Origin: Elsinoe ampelina
Taxonomy: Eukaryota
Length of the DNA: 64,000 nucleotides
Direction of reading: 5' to 3'
Assembly (NCBI GenBank): GCA_010093995.1
Contig: ML992502.1
Coordinates: forward strand, 1,109,001 to 1,173,000
Shown: in pieces, positions 25,901 to 37,554 of the stretch
Layout: each line of letters opens with the position of its first letter
Position numbering within the stretch: position 1 is the stretch's first letter
Program-made: the position numbers and the translations under genes
Notes under the pieces: model-generated
Seen by the model: only the letters and a program-made list of their open reading frames with translations
The model's database searches: none
What the model was told of the DNA's origin: nothing

Positions 25901-26744
25901 GTAGGTCTTCTTCGAGCCACAACTCACGCAACGCATAATCAAGCTTAACATCAACGGGATTGCCGAGTCGCATCTGGCAGATGTCGCAATCGTTGTTGGC
26001 CATGCCATGCGCAGCCGTCGCCATATACCTGCACATGCAGTGGAGGTCCAGGACAGAATCCGGTATGGTAGTGTCGCCATGGCGCAAAGCGCGCAACATC
26101 TTGTCGATCCCGAAAAGTGGGTCTGGGTAGTCGTGTTTAATGCTGGCGTACTGCAGCACCTTGTCGCGAACGGAAGTGTTTGGCTGACTACGTGCAGGAT
26201 CGTGTGTCTGCCTCCTACCCTGCCTCGCACTGCCGCTTGAGAAAACTGCTGTGTTCGAACGTGGATCGCTGGCTGCAAACGATTGACCGTCATGTGCATC
26301 ACCTCTGCTCGTCTTACTCGCCTGGAAACCGGCTCCATTGTTGCAGAAATCCATCGTAATTTCATCATCATAGATGTCGTCTTCAGCAGAGTCCATGTCG
26401 TCTTCAGCGGAGTCCATGTCGTCTTCAGCGGAGTCCATGTCGTCTTCAGCGGAGTCCATGTCGTCTTCAGCGGAGTCCATGTCGTCTGCGCTGAGCTCTA
26501 AGTCGATGCCTTCATCCTCGTATTCACTCCCGCTTGCACTGATGACAGACGATGAACGGTGCGACATTGGTTGCAGCGGCTGCTTTGTATCGACTTCATT
26601 GATCGAGTCGGGCACACTGTCAAGGTAAATAGCCAATCTTGCTTCTCGTAACAGCTGCGTGCGTCCAATTTGATTTCCGGTGTCATCTACTTCCACCTTG
26701 ATCGGTCTGTTTTCGCCCGAGACGCTCAAGGATTTAGTTGGCAT
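22983..26744 (-). CDS. Putative GIY-YIG-like nuclease fused to four Myb/SANT-like repeats (approx. 1,208 aa if one frameshift near 25060-25105 is corrected; possible pseudogene)
   Basis: Four track ORFs are joined by two canonical introns (25867-25789; 24473-24419) plus one +1 frameshift. Motifs GGY-x15-YCGSA...GLRQRLVQH, LMEA, GMN; repeats starting KWTQAQD, EWTAAED, RYTAEED, RWTDEED. Confidence 0.7.
26374..26487. repeat. 21-bp coding tandem repeat, about 5.4 copies
   Basis: Unit ATGTCGTCTTCAGCGGAGTCC x5 (one mismatch) plus a partial copy; encodes (DMDSAED)n on the minus strand. Confidence 0.95.
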
Positions 26745-27193
26745 CTTTGGATGTAATGACAGATCGTGACTGTCGGTTGCGAAAAGTCGAACGCGCATAG
26801 GTTCGTGTAAGTGTTTGGCAGGCCGACCTTGGAGTGCGGCATTTTCAAGCTCCGCAGGTTATACCAAGAACCAGCTCAATATTGCTTAATTTTGAGTGGT
26901 ATGTCCAACATGAGCGTTTTCACATGGTGAATGTACTGGCATACACTGGGAGCGCTCGCACTCCCACTCTGCTCGAATCCCACTCAGTCATCAGCGCTGC
27001 TGCTGCACTAACTTCTACATATGTAATAATCGTTGCCATGAGTGTTTGGAAGAGATCAGCTGGTCCAAGCTCGGAAAGTTTGGTTCCATCCCTCTCATGT
27101 CATCTTCCATGAGTGAGAGACGTTCAATAATCAACTTTTTTTCAAATCCACCTTCGCCGCTCTCTGCGCTGCCTATCATCATCCAGTGACAAA

Positions 27194-28024
27194 ATGTCCG
27201 AGCGGAAGGTACTCAGCAAATACATACCACCCGACTTTGACTACCGCAAAATAGCGCGACGATCAGGGCGGACAGAGCCTGGTCCCAAAGTCCAAGTCGT
27301 TCGCCTCATGGCACCGTTTTCGATGCAATGCACAACATGTGGGGAATATATTTACAAAGGGCGCAAGTTCAATGCTCGCAAGGAGACTCCCGAAGGCGAA
27401 AAGTATCTGCAGATTCAGATCTTTCGCTTCTACATTCGCTGCACACGATGCTCCGCAGAGATCACTTTCAAGACGGACCCGAAGAACATGGATTATACTT
27501 GCGAACATGGCGCACGGCGGAACTTCGAGCCATGGCGAGGCAAGCAGCTAGACGAGGGGGAGACGGACGATCAACGCCTCGACCGGCTTGAACGAGATTA
27601 CGCCGATCAAGACGACCGCGGCGCAATGGAGAAACTTGAAGATAAGACGCACGATGCTCGTCGTGAGATGGACATTGCAGACGCACTGGATGAGATTCGG
27701 ACCCGAAACGCCCGCCGCGAGCGAGTCAGCAACTCTCAAGTCGACGCAACCGACATAACCGCTCATGAAGCGATTCCCGACCAAGCCACAGCACGACAAG
27801 CGGAAGATGAAGCCGATGCAGCCGCTTGGACACGCGCGCGAGCAGAAGCTAGAGGTATGGTAGGTGTGACTGCAGAAATGCCAACAACGTCACTACCACG
27901 ATCGTTGGCCGCAAGAACGGGTCCGGTCAAAAAGCAAGGGCTGATAAAGGGTATCAAGAAGAGGGAACAAAACGACGGAGCATCCAGAATGTTGGTTGGA
28001 TACGAATCGGACAGCGATGGATGA
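27194..28024 (+). CDS. YJU2: Spliceosomal factor Yju2/Cwc16 (CCDC94), intronless
   Basis: MSERKVLSKYIPPDFD, VRLMAPFSMQCTTCGEYIYKGRKFNARKE, FRFYIRCTRCSAEITFKTDPKNMDY, DALDEIRTRNAR, C-terminal LVGYESDSD. Confidence 0.93.
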   Translation: MSERKVLSKYIPPDFDYRKIARRSGRTEPGPKVQVVRLMAPFSMQCTTCGEYIYKGRKFNARKETPEGEKYLQIQIFRFYIRCTRCSAEITFKTDPKNMDYTCEHGARRNFEPWRGKQLDEGETDDQRLDRLERDYADQDDRGAMEKLEDKTHDARREMDIADALDEIRTRNARRERVSNSQVDATDITAHEAIPDQATARQAEDEADAAAWTRARAEARGMVGVTAEMPTTSLPRSLAARTGPVKKQGLIKGIKKREQNDGASRMLVGYESDSDG

Positions 28025-29424
28025 TAAGGTGTTTTCGCGTATAACTTTGGCGTGGTCAAGGAGGCCCATCGACCCCATCTCCATGATACCGCCTCGGCCT
28101 CCAGGCACAGAGCCTATTGGCTTGAAAGACACTGGACTCACAATGACGATCCCGGTGTCCCTTAGCATCTCCGATATATCAAACATTCTCAGGGTCCCCT
28201 TGGCTTGCCTGCCGACTGACTACGGACCACTCTCGCTTGTCCAGCACCGGAAAGGTGGAGATTGTCTCCCCCGGAGGTCAGTGCTAAGCTGGAGCCATGT
28301 TGTAAATGGAAATAGAAACATTCACAGACGCCGGAGAGACAAGATCTAGCTTCCTGAGAGAGAGAACCATGGTTCATCGTGTTGTCCACTTACTATCCAC
28401 AGGAAGTGAGGTCGAAGATCACTGGTAATTGCATCGACGGCAGAATATACAGCCGAGAGGAGGTCAGCGCCATAGTGCAGCCACTCGAGCTGTTCCTGGC
28501 GGCCGCGGCTGGACCCTGGGGGTGAGATACGCGGACTGGGGTGTGGCGAATCCTGCGTGATGACGAGGGAGGATTGAGCATGCAGGGTCGATGGAGTGAT
28601 GAGGCCGCAGGTGAGGCCGCAGAGGGACCTTAGGGTTGTTGGGCCTAAGAAGGGTCTGGCAGAAAGGCCTGGTAGAAGGGCCTGGAATGTGTTTCACGTT
28701 GGTATGGCTGGACATGAGGCTAAAGGGTCGCTGTGGCTAGTAGACCTTGCAAGAGGGACTGTAGAATGAGGTCAGGAAGGATCAGCTACTCCACCACCGA
28801 CAGCACGGCCGCGCACGTTCTCTAAGCACACCGGTGCCTTCATGCCTCGTGGTCAGCATACGTACCTCAGCTGCATCTCAGCAGCATCATCCAATGTCAC
28901 CAGACTCTCCTGGTAGACAACAGCCATCCAGTGCATCCATTCCAATTGCCGTATCCTCCTCAACACCCTCACAGTGCCGCAACGCCGCCCCCCGATCCCT
29001 GACGCCGCGGCTGTCTCGCCCTCACCCGCTTAGCCGCCACCAGCCCGTCGATCCTGAGGCATCTCCCCCCCCCTCCACATCCGCCGCATCATCCAACATC
29101 GCCACCCATGCACACCACCATCATACCTGAAACCCCTTACCCACCTCGTCTCGTCCAACAATCCCATGCCACTCCTCGTGATCAGCGAGACTACGTCCCA
29201 CCGTCGTGCATGGGCGACGATCAAGCGAGGTCCCCACCTACCTTGGAGCACGGGAGTTGTGCGTGCCGGAAGTATCGTGCAGAAAGGCTAGCAGACAGTG
29301 ACCGGTCACGATCAAGCCAAGAGATGAAGTGCCCGTCGAGATGTGCGTCCGGGATCGAAGAACGGTACGCGTGGAGCATGCGTGCTATAAATGGAATTAA
29401 GGTTTAGACTTTCTCGCTAACGCG

Positions 29425-29474
29425 NNNNNNNNNNNNNNNNNNNNNNNNNNNNNNNNNNNNNNNNNNNNNNNNNN
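29425..29474. other. Assembly gap (50 N)
   Basis: Run of N bases. Confidence 1.
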
Positions 29475-30497
29475 GGGCAATTGAACTTGACGTCGAATTT
29501 GGGGGGGGGGCTGGGTTGGTTCATCTCGTCAGCTTGGATACTTTCTGGAAATCGGAGACTCTTCGACGAAGTCGACGGGTTCGATGGAGGTGAGGTGGGA
29601 GATGAGGATGGTGTCATGGATGGTGATTGGGATGTTGGATTGGTCAGAGTTGGTCGTACAGAGGGGGGACCATCAGCGATGCGAGTGATTGCAGCGATGA
29701 CATTACGGATGTTGGTCGGAGCAGGAAGCAATCTCTGCGAGGTGCAGGTGTTGGAGTATGCCATCATCCACACTCCACGGGCTCGCATGGCCGCCACCCA
29801 CCTCGTCATCGCCCTCCCTGCTGTCGTCTCCGTGTTTCATCCCATTCTCCCCCATCGCAGGGACATGGCGGAGATCTGCCCTGTCACTCCCTCCAAGTTG
29901 CTCCAACCAACACGCTTTCTCTCGGGATGATCTGCTCGACCAGCGAGCACCATCTCGCTAGATCACGGCGATCGGGACAGACTCTAGTCGCAATTCCAAC
30001 GCTCATTTATCTCACCGCGGGCACGAATCTATGAATGGCATTGTTGCTGTCTCCACTGCACCATCTTCTTGTGATCATGGTAAGCCACCACGCGCAGGTC
30101 CGGGCCGTACCTGAGCTTGTGCCTGTATTCCCTGCACTGCCCAGCCACCCGCCCAGCGAACCCAGCTCAGGCCGGAAATACACCCAACACCTCATGGGAC
30201 GGAAGCGGGGAGGTCCGAGCTCACTGGCCCTAGACACAAGCTGAACGACCACAGACCACAAAGGGGAAAAAGCACAGGAGATAGCGGCGAACTGCGGTGC
30301 AAAGAAGTGGTAATTCCCCTCCCTTGCGAAAGGGAGATGCTATAGGAAATAGTAACCTTCATGTCTAGTCCGTACAGTACAATCCCCACCCATCGTAGCG
30401 CAATGCGCGTCCCATTCCATACCATGCAACTCCGTGAGAGAAAGAAAAGTCGCCCCCCTAGATAGCGAATGAATCCATCATCCAGGCCAGTGCAAGC

Positions 30498-31937
30498 CTA
30501 TCGTCGTCTCCCCTCGCCCACCCCCCAACCCCCTTCCGCTGTGCGCTGGATGAGACCTTCAGCTTCGCACCATTCCTCGAAGCCTTGATCGCGCTTCCAC
30601 ATCTCGACACAAGGCGCCTCGCGGCCTTCCTTCTTGTCTTGCTCGAGGTGGCGGCCGACGTGCTCCATGCGTTCTTCCCAGCTGCCGGGGCCTTCGAAGG
30701 TGGCGTCGCAGAAGAGGCAGCAGGAAGAAGCAGGGGGCTGGCGAAGGCGGATGTGGCATCTTTGTTCCGCGAGGCCGATGGCGGGGTCTTCGCTCTCGCC
30801 TGGTGCGAGGGAGCGGGCTCGCGATGGTGCGCGGTCGGACGAGATGCTGCTCGAGTGGCTGTGGCAGGGAGTGGCTTTGTGGTGCATTCTCCGGAGGTGC
30901 TGAATGAAGAGATCCTTGCGGTTGAAGTCGTTAGGGCGGGTGTCGCGGTCTGAGCACTGATCGCAGCGCCAAAGGTCGAGGCGGAGATGTTGGGTGTTGA
31001 CGTGGCGCTTCCATTCGTTCTTGGAGCCGAAGGAGGAGGTGCAGCCGTAGGGCGCGAGTGGGCAAGGGAAGTTGGAGGCGGAAGTGGAAGCGCGAGGGAA
31101 GCGAGCTGGTGAGCAGGACTTGGAGTAGGAGGAGAATGGAGTAGTGCTCAAGCGGCGGGAAGCAACAGAGCCTGTGCGCTTGCTGATTTTGGTGGACGAA
31201 GCGAAGGAAGAGATGGAAGAAGTCTTGCTCCGGCGGCCGCGTGCGACCGTCGGGGTAGGGAAGTCGTAGGCGGGAGAAGGTGTGCGCTGCTCGAGTGCCC
31301 ACGGTGGTGACGACTCGTATGATGGGAATGGCACGGTGTCGATGTTGGAGAGGTTGAGGGCAGCTGGGTAGGTAGACTGGAAGCTGGGCAGGCAGTCGTT
31401 GAAGTGGTCAAAGGCGAGGAGATCAGTCTCTGGCTCAGTGAATTGCTGAACATCACTGAGCGAGCAAGAGCCGAATGGGCCAAGCTCAATTGACTGTGCA
31501 ATACCGTTGTCGATCTGTGCGTTCGGGCTTGAGTTGGTAGAGTAGCACAGGCTGAGGTCTGGCGAAGTCCATGATGCGCTCTGAATGTCTGAAGCACTGA
31601 ATGTCCGGCTGTCGCTGGTCGAGTATGGCGACGATGAAGGCGACGAGTTGCAGTATGTGCTGAAGCCGTTCCAGTTGTTCTGCTTGGCTTGTTGAGGCGA
31701 CGGGCTCAATCTGATACCCTCATTGGCGTCGAACACTGGGCACGGTGTGGTCCGGTGAGCATCAACGGATGTGTACATGGTGTCAAAGTTGGCCGATGAA
31801 AAGGCCTTTGGGTGAAGGAAGTCTGGGAAGGACTCTGGGTCAACAGGGAGGACCGTGTCCTTGAGCCCATCAGTGACGAGCCATGGTTGATAGTGCTCGT
31901 TTGCCTGGTCGGCTGTGTTGTGGTGGTGGAAGGCCAT
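30498..31937 (-). CDS. Fungal C2H2 zinc-finger transcription factor
   Basis: Ser-rich N-terminus; FPCPLAPYGCTSSFGSKNEWKRHVNTQH, WRCDQC...FNRKDLFIQHLRRMH, CLFCDATF...WEERMEHVGRH. Confidence 0.88.
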   Translation of the reverse strand: MAFHHHNTADQANEHYQPWLVTDGLKDTVLPVDPESFPDFLHPKAFSSANFDTMYTSVDAHRTTPCPVFDANEGIRLSPSPQQAKQNNWNGFSTYCNSSPSSSPYSTSDSRTFSASDIQSASWTSPDLSLCYSTNSSPNAQIDNGIAQSIELGPFGSCSLSDVQQFTEPETDLLAFDHFNDCLPSFQSTYPAALNLSNIDTVPFPSYESSPPWALEQRTPSPAYDFPTPTVARGRRSKTSSISSFASSTKISKRTGSVASRRLSTTPFSSYSKSCSPARFPRASTSASNFPCPLAPYGCTSSFGSKNEWKRHVNTQHLRLDLWRCDQCSDRDTRPNDFNRKDLFIQHLRRMHHKATPCHSHSSSISSDRAPSRARSLAPGESEDPAIGLAEQRCHIRLRQPPASSCCLFCDATFEGPGSWEERMEHVGRHLEQDKKEGREAPCVEMWKRDQGFEEWCEAEGLIQRTAEGGWGVGEGRRR

Positions 31938-34065
31938 TGTATTTCGTGTTTCGACCTTGTCGGCAGGGCACTGAATAGAATAGGCTATTGAAGGAAAGTG
32001 TCCTGAATTGATGGTGATCAGAATTGTAAAGAGGAAACATGTTCAACCTTATACCAAGTTGCCATGTGTGCTGAAGAGGCGATTCTAATTTGGGATTGGG
32101 CCCAGGTACCCCGTGCGCGGTCGGTGGCAGTCAGCGTGGAGACCGGAAGTAGCCTCAAAAACTACAGGGTTTACGCCTATGGCATCAGACGTGTTGGAGG
32201 GGGACGGGTTTCAGAAAGCAAGGCTTGCAGGATGAGCGAATTGGGAAAGCTTAGCAAAGATCCTGACCCAAGGCGAGGCCAACAGGAACAGACCTGTAGT
32301 CGGGCCCGTGAGGTGAGATCCAATAGAAGCAAGCTGTGTGGTATCAGCGAGCGAGTACGTTAGAAAGCTGACCTTTGGGCGAATGAGAGCGGCAGAGCAT
32401 GTGGTCCGGATGACAGGCAGGAAATGATCCGCAGCCACGACCGGAGCTAGACTAGTAATAGGCGCAGGTACGCATTCGAATGGCACAGCTGGAGGAGCAA
32501 AAGGCGCAGGTCGCACGAGTAGTAGACCGTCATGTCGACCTCTGGCAATCAAGCGATTCAAGCGCGCCTGCGTCTGTCGCAGATAGAAGATCCAGATCGC
32601 ACCTACAGAAACGTGATGTCCAGTAACAGTCCAACAGGGGACGCTGTCACAGGCCGTCATACCCTCTCACACCTGAGGTCGTTCGTGGACAAGACCCTCG
32701 AGTTGGCCTCGGAATTGCGTTGGTACCCGGTGAACAACTTTTTCGCCAATTGATCTTTTCTTGTCGATTGGCAATCTCTGTCTGCCGCTGCTGAAGTGAG
32801 CTCGTGCGATACTTCTCCGACGGGTGGATGAGAAGCGAGAGAAAGTGACAAAACGGGAACAAACCAACAGGTCCAAGAAGCATTTTTGGGTGTGGTCACT
32901 GCGCTGGACCCGCTCTTTGCCATGTTCTTGTGCCGCTTCGGGAATCGATCATCTGTCTAGCAACTACGCGTGCCACTCTTCGTCATGAAACATGCGAAGC
33001 TATTACGGCGCGACGGCTATGTCCATGTTGGCGGCGTCGGTCGGTGCGTACATGGCTGGGAATCCTCTGCTGTCGACTTGTACTGTAACCCTATGCTGCT
33101 TAGTCGGCATCAGGGTGCGGCTCAACAGGCCCATCCACGGCTACCAGTCCAGACCCAGAAGGAATACCTCTTACCCTTGCCTGATCGTCCTTGAGGCCTA
33201 CCAGAATGGAAGTCGAAGGCGAGAACTGGCTATTGCCGTGTTTCAGCCCGTCAACAATCTAGGGTCTGTTGACGGACTCAGATCCGGTTCCCTGGATATT
33301 TTCGGCCGGGAGATCTGCCTTGAATGCTTTCCGGTCTGGTTCGTACAGGTCAGGCACGTGTATGAGGCTCAAGCCGTGTTGTCGGTGTTTGTTTTTGCCA
33401 CTTGTCAATGAGTCTCGGCCTTTGAGCTGCTTGTAGGATGGTAGGCTGGAGGCACTCGTCTGACCCTGCGTTTTGTTAGCATCTCACCTGCAGAGGTTCA
33501 AGACATGATGTTGGTAGGGGCCGAGGGTCTGCATGGAGGCCTCAGAGCTGCTGCAGCTGGAGGGGTCGCAGCGGGCTGACTTTGCAGGGGCAAGGTAGGA
33601 CACGAAGTACAGTACACGAGTACAATGACATGCTTTATATATGAGAAAAATGTCAACTCGTATTGACAAGTATATCTAAACAAGTCTACAACGTGTCCAA
33701 CGACAGAATTGCAATCCAGACATCCTTGCGGATGATCCTACTCCTGACTATGTTACAAAAGCACCGGTCTATGTTGGCAGGAAGGAAAACATAGTCGGGA
33801 CACTGGCCAAATTGTACAGGATATCTATAATAGGAGGGCCGGGAAGTGAAGATATGAAACTGGGGCCGTGAAAATCGGTGCATCGCGGTGACCAGCGCCG
33901 TATATGCATATCGTTATTCGTTACTCATGTGTTGGAGGTTCGATGATAATCAGGTACCAACGAATTGCAGATTGAAAATGTTTATGCGTCCCGTTTCGTG
34001 ATTGGAAGTTGCAGTAATAGGATGGTGTGCCGAGGGCGATAGGAAGCTTGAAGAAGAGGTTCGCA

Positions 34066-35403
34066 CTACCACAGGTCAAGGCTAGCATCGCTCTGCATGC
34101 GCGGCATGTCAGGCCTAAGATGAGAGCCCATGCCAAACGTGGCCATGTGAACGGGATAGCTGGTCGGCGGCATGTTGTTCTGGGGCTCCAAGTCTGGGCT
34201 GAACATCATGTCCTGGTCGCCAAAGCTGCTGGCACCACCGAAGGCATATTCACTGTCGTCAACAGCGCTGGCCACGGCGGAAGTGTGGCCGGACATGCCA
34301 CCCAAGCTTCCTCTTACTCGGTTGGCTGCGTCGGTGTCGAGACGGGCGGATGATTTCCTCGCCCGGCGCTTGCTGGCGGACTGACGAGAGATATCCTTCT
34401 GCTTCTGCTTCTGAATGAAGATGCGGTCGATCTCGACTTGGCTCAAGGTGATTTGCGACCTGCGAGGCATGTTAGGGACAGCTTGGCCGGACTTTCACAG
34501 GCCAACTTACTTCTTCACGATATCGTCGATCTGCACCTTGAACTTGTCGTCATTGCGTCCATGGAAGTGCTTCCTGACAATGTGAGACCTGAAGTTGTCC
34601 TTTCGGTCCCAGGTCTTGGGCTTGCTGCGGCATTCCTTGTAGATGCAGCGGTAGTAGTGAGGCTGGCTGTGCCTCGGCTTGACACCGTGCGTGGAGCGCT
34701 GATGCCTCTCCAGATCGTGGATGTTGGCAAAGTCACGAGTACGGTGCTCGCCGTTCATCTCACACCTGAAGAGCTTCTTGGCCTTCTTCGCTGGTCGATC
34801 CATGATGATATCGGACTCGCCATCATCGTAGGTGTATATGGCACCCGTTGGGGCGCTGGCAAACGACATGGTATCGGGGGCTGCCGGACCACTGACATAA
34901 GCAGAGTCGAAAGAGTATCCACCAAAGTTGTTCGGCATGGACATGAATTGGTGCTTTGGGGCCCCAGGGATCTGGAGGCTCCCAGGGTTACCCATGGGGT
35001 CGGACCTAGGAATGGCTGGGTTCCACGGGGCAGCATGGGCATTGGCCACCAATGAATCGACATCAACATCGTCGAATGAGTCGAGAAAGGTGTGTGTGTT
35101 GTCCACCAAGGTCGATGTGATGATGGGCGAGAGGGGTGACATGGTGTGAGGCGCAGCGCCGAGACCATCAAAGGCAGTGTTGCCAAAGTTTGGCTCATAG
35201 CTGGGAAAATCCATCTCGTTGAACGATCCGGATGTGAAGGTGGTCGTCCTTGGATCGACTGTGGCACTGTCCATGTGTTCATCCACGCTCATGACCGAGC
35301 CGCCGTGATGCGATTGGTTTGTGTCGATGTATGAGGGATAGGCCATGCCGTGTCCGGACATGTTCATGTGGGCTGACATTGGCAAGCTATGGATACTGGT
35401 CAT
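34066..35403 (-). CDS. C2H2 zinc-finger protein, probable transcription factor
   Basis: ATG 35403 after a likely 5'UTR intron; fingers FRCEMNGEH...FANIHDLERHQRSTH and YRCIYKECRSKPKTWDRKDNFRSHIVRKH; intron approx. 34510-34460 (GTAAGT...CTAAC...CAG) joins the two ORFs. Confidence 0.8.
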
Positions 35404-36699
35404 AGCAGACAAGTCAATACCGTCTGTTCACGGGAAGAGTCAGCAGCTGTCCCGAGGGGAGGCAGAGGCGGACGGAGCATGTGGCAGTGATGTGTGAGGG
35501 AAGAAATTATGTTCATGGCTATGTGTAGAAGAAAGCATCTATCAAAGAGGAAGAATTACCTGCTCGACCGGGAGGTGCCAAAAGAAAATCGTAGTGGGGT
35601 CAGGTCGGAGTGCTGCCTTGCGATGTCTTGGGTGGGGATTTGTCGTGATGTGAACGTGTCGCAGACAGAAAGGGGGAACAACGAGTTGAAGTACTGGGCG
35701 TGGCAGAAGCGCAGCTTTATGACACAGAGGTCAAGACGGATAGTTCAGGCCGTGCAGCGGGTCGCGTGAAGCAGATGATCAAGAGTGCATCGAGTCGCTG
35801 TCGAGTTGAGAAAAGTACTGAGGCATCTCAGCTCGCTCGGCGCAATGGTTAGCGTGCTTTTGCCTTAATTCATGCCGCCAGCGCTACGTCTTGATTCGTC
35901 GGATTCGGGCATGGCGCACCTCGCCGATGAGAGTTTGGGGCCATTAGGGAATGGGTCGCGGATCCGGGGCCGTGGGCTGTCGCTCGGGCTGATACTGCTT
36001 CTGGCAAGACTGGCATCCTGCTCGCCGCAGTTTCGTGGCTTTCACACGTCTGCGGGCCCCTTCCCGTCCGTCATGTCGACTTTCTATCAACACTGCCATG
36101 AACGAGCAATTTCCATCTTGTCAGAAGTCATGTCTGTACTCACTAAGCCACGAATGGTGCTGCACATTCTACAAATTCCATCCTCCCATGTGCGACATTC
36201 AGGCTTCCCACACGTGCAGAAGAATAAATTTTGGCCGTTCAGAATCAATGCGCTCGACGCTGCGCGTTCCACACTGCCACCGCCCAAACGTCCACCCCCA
36301 TCACCGCTACTGCTGCCGGATCAAAGGTGCCGCCTCCCGCCCGCTTGAATTAACGTTTCGTTTGCGAGGCTTGTGGTCGTTTAGCACTGCCCTAAAGCTC
36401 CACTTCCGACGCATGTGATGCTTTAGATTGTTGGTTCACCCCTGCCCTACATCATACCACTTCCCGTCTGTGGTTCGCGCGATACGCCATCGAGCGACGG
36501 TCAAGCCACTTTCGCTTTGGCTCCTGTCAGATGCGTTCATTTGGCGTCACAGTGTCTGATCGACATTCCATGATTTTTCTGGAAGATTGCTCTTTACGGC
36601 TAAGTCGGCTTCCAAGCCTCTTCGCCCTGAACATCAACCCCAGGCACGTGTACACTTTCTGGTCCAAAGATCCAATCAGATTCTATACCTTGTTTACAC

Positions 36700-37554
36700 T
36701 CAATCCTTCTTTGGAGGCACAGGCCGTATCTTGCTCGAAAAGTCCCAGTCATTGAGATATCCCGCCCCTGCGCACAGGTACGTTGCGAAGCCAAGCCAGC
36801 CCATGTACGGTACCAAGCACCAACTCGCGACTTCATCCACCTGTCCCCAGATATACGTCAGATATCCCGTGATACCCGTCAACGCTACGATATCGACAGT
36901 CGCTTCGATTGGACGTTTGAGCCCAAAGAACAACGGCATCCAAAGTAGATTGAGTCCGAGCTGAATTGTGTACAACGTCGCTCCCTCCTGCAGGTCACGC
37001 GCGTGTCAGCTGCTCGATACCTTGTGTCACTTATTTGCTCATACCTTGGCGAGAAGGACCTTGCGAGGATCGAAAGAATTCATGCCGGTTGTCCATGCAC
37101 GGTATGCGCCATAGCCCATACCTGCATAAAGGGCCGTCCACACAGGGCCGAATAGCCAGGGGGGTGGTCGGAGTGGTGGCTGTGGGTATCAGCGACCCTT
37201 TCCGACGTGTCTCAGTCTGTCAGGCCTACCTGCTTGATTGCCATGTAGAACTTTTGCGTCTCTCTTGCTAATGCGACGTCAGCCCCGTGTAGATCACCTA
37301 GCTCTTTGACTTTTGCTACTTACGTCGAGTCGCGTAGCCTATGCCAGCACCCAGTACCACGGGTAGGAGGATTGACACAGCCGGTTGCTCGAAGATGAAG
37401 TTAGGCAGGGTGAGGGATGGGACGTGAAAGGTGCCGACTGAGGCATTTTCGGCCCCTCGTGGTCGAATGCCACCACTGTACTGGTCCTTGCGTCAGTCCT
37501 GCAAATGGCGCATTGCTATCGGCTTTCGCCTTTTGGAACTTGACTCACAGACAT
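36700..37554 (-). CDS. tspO: TspO/MBR family translocator protein
   Basis: Exons give PSLTLPNFIFEQPAVSILLPVVLG, PPLRPPPWLFGPVWTALYAGMGYGAYRAW, LYTIQLGLNLLWMPLFFG, LVPYMGWLGFATYL; first coding exon is ATG TCT followed by GTGAGT. Confidence 0.9.

Noticed and set aside
26374..26487. Direct repeats as a possible CRISPR array
   Set aside because: Units are contiguous with no spacers, in frame within a eukaryotic CDS.
22700..29424. Starship, Penelope-like or Harbinger element as the explanation for the nuclease-Myb region
   Set aside because: No tyrosine recombinase, reverse transcriptase, DDE transposase or terminal repeats recognised there.
28393..30425. Short ORFs around the assembly gap
   Set aside because: No motifs or consistent exon structure; sequence interrupted by Ns.
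35831..35915. tRNA-like stretch GCTCGCTCGGCGCAATGGTTAGCGTG resembling an A-box/D-arm
   Set aside because: No convincing anticodon stem, T-loop (GTTCRA) or matching 3' acceptor strand downstream.
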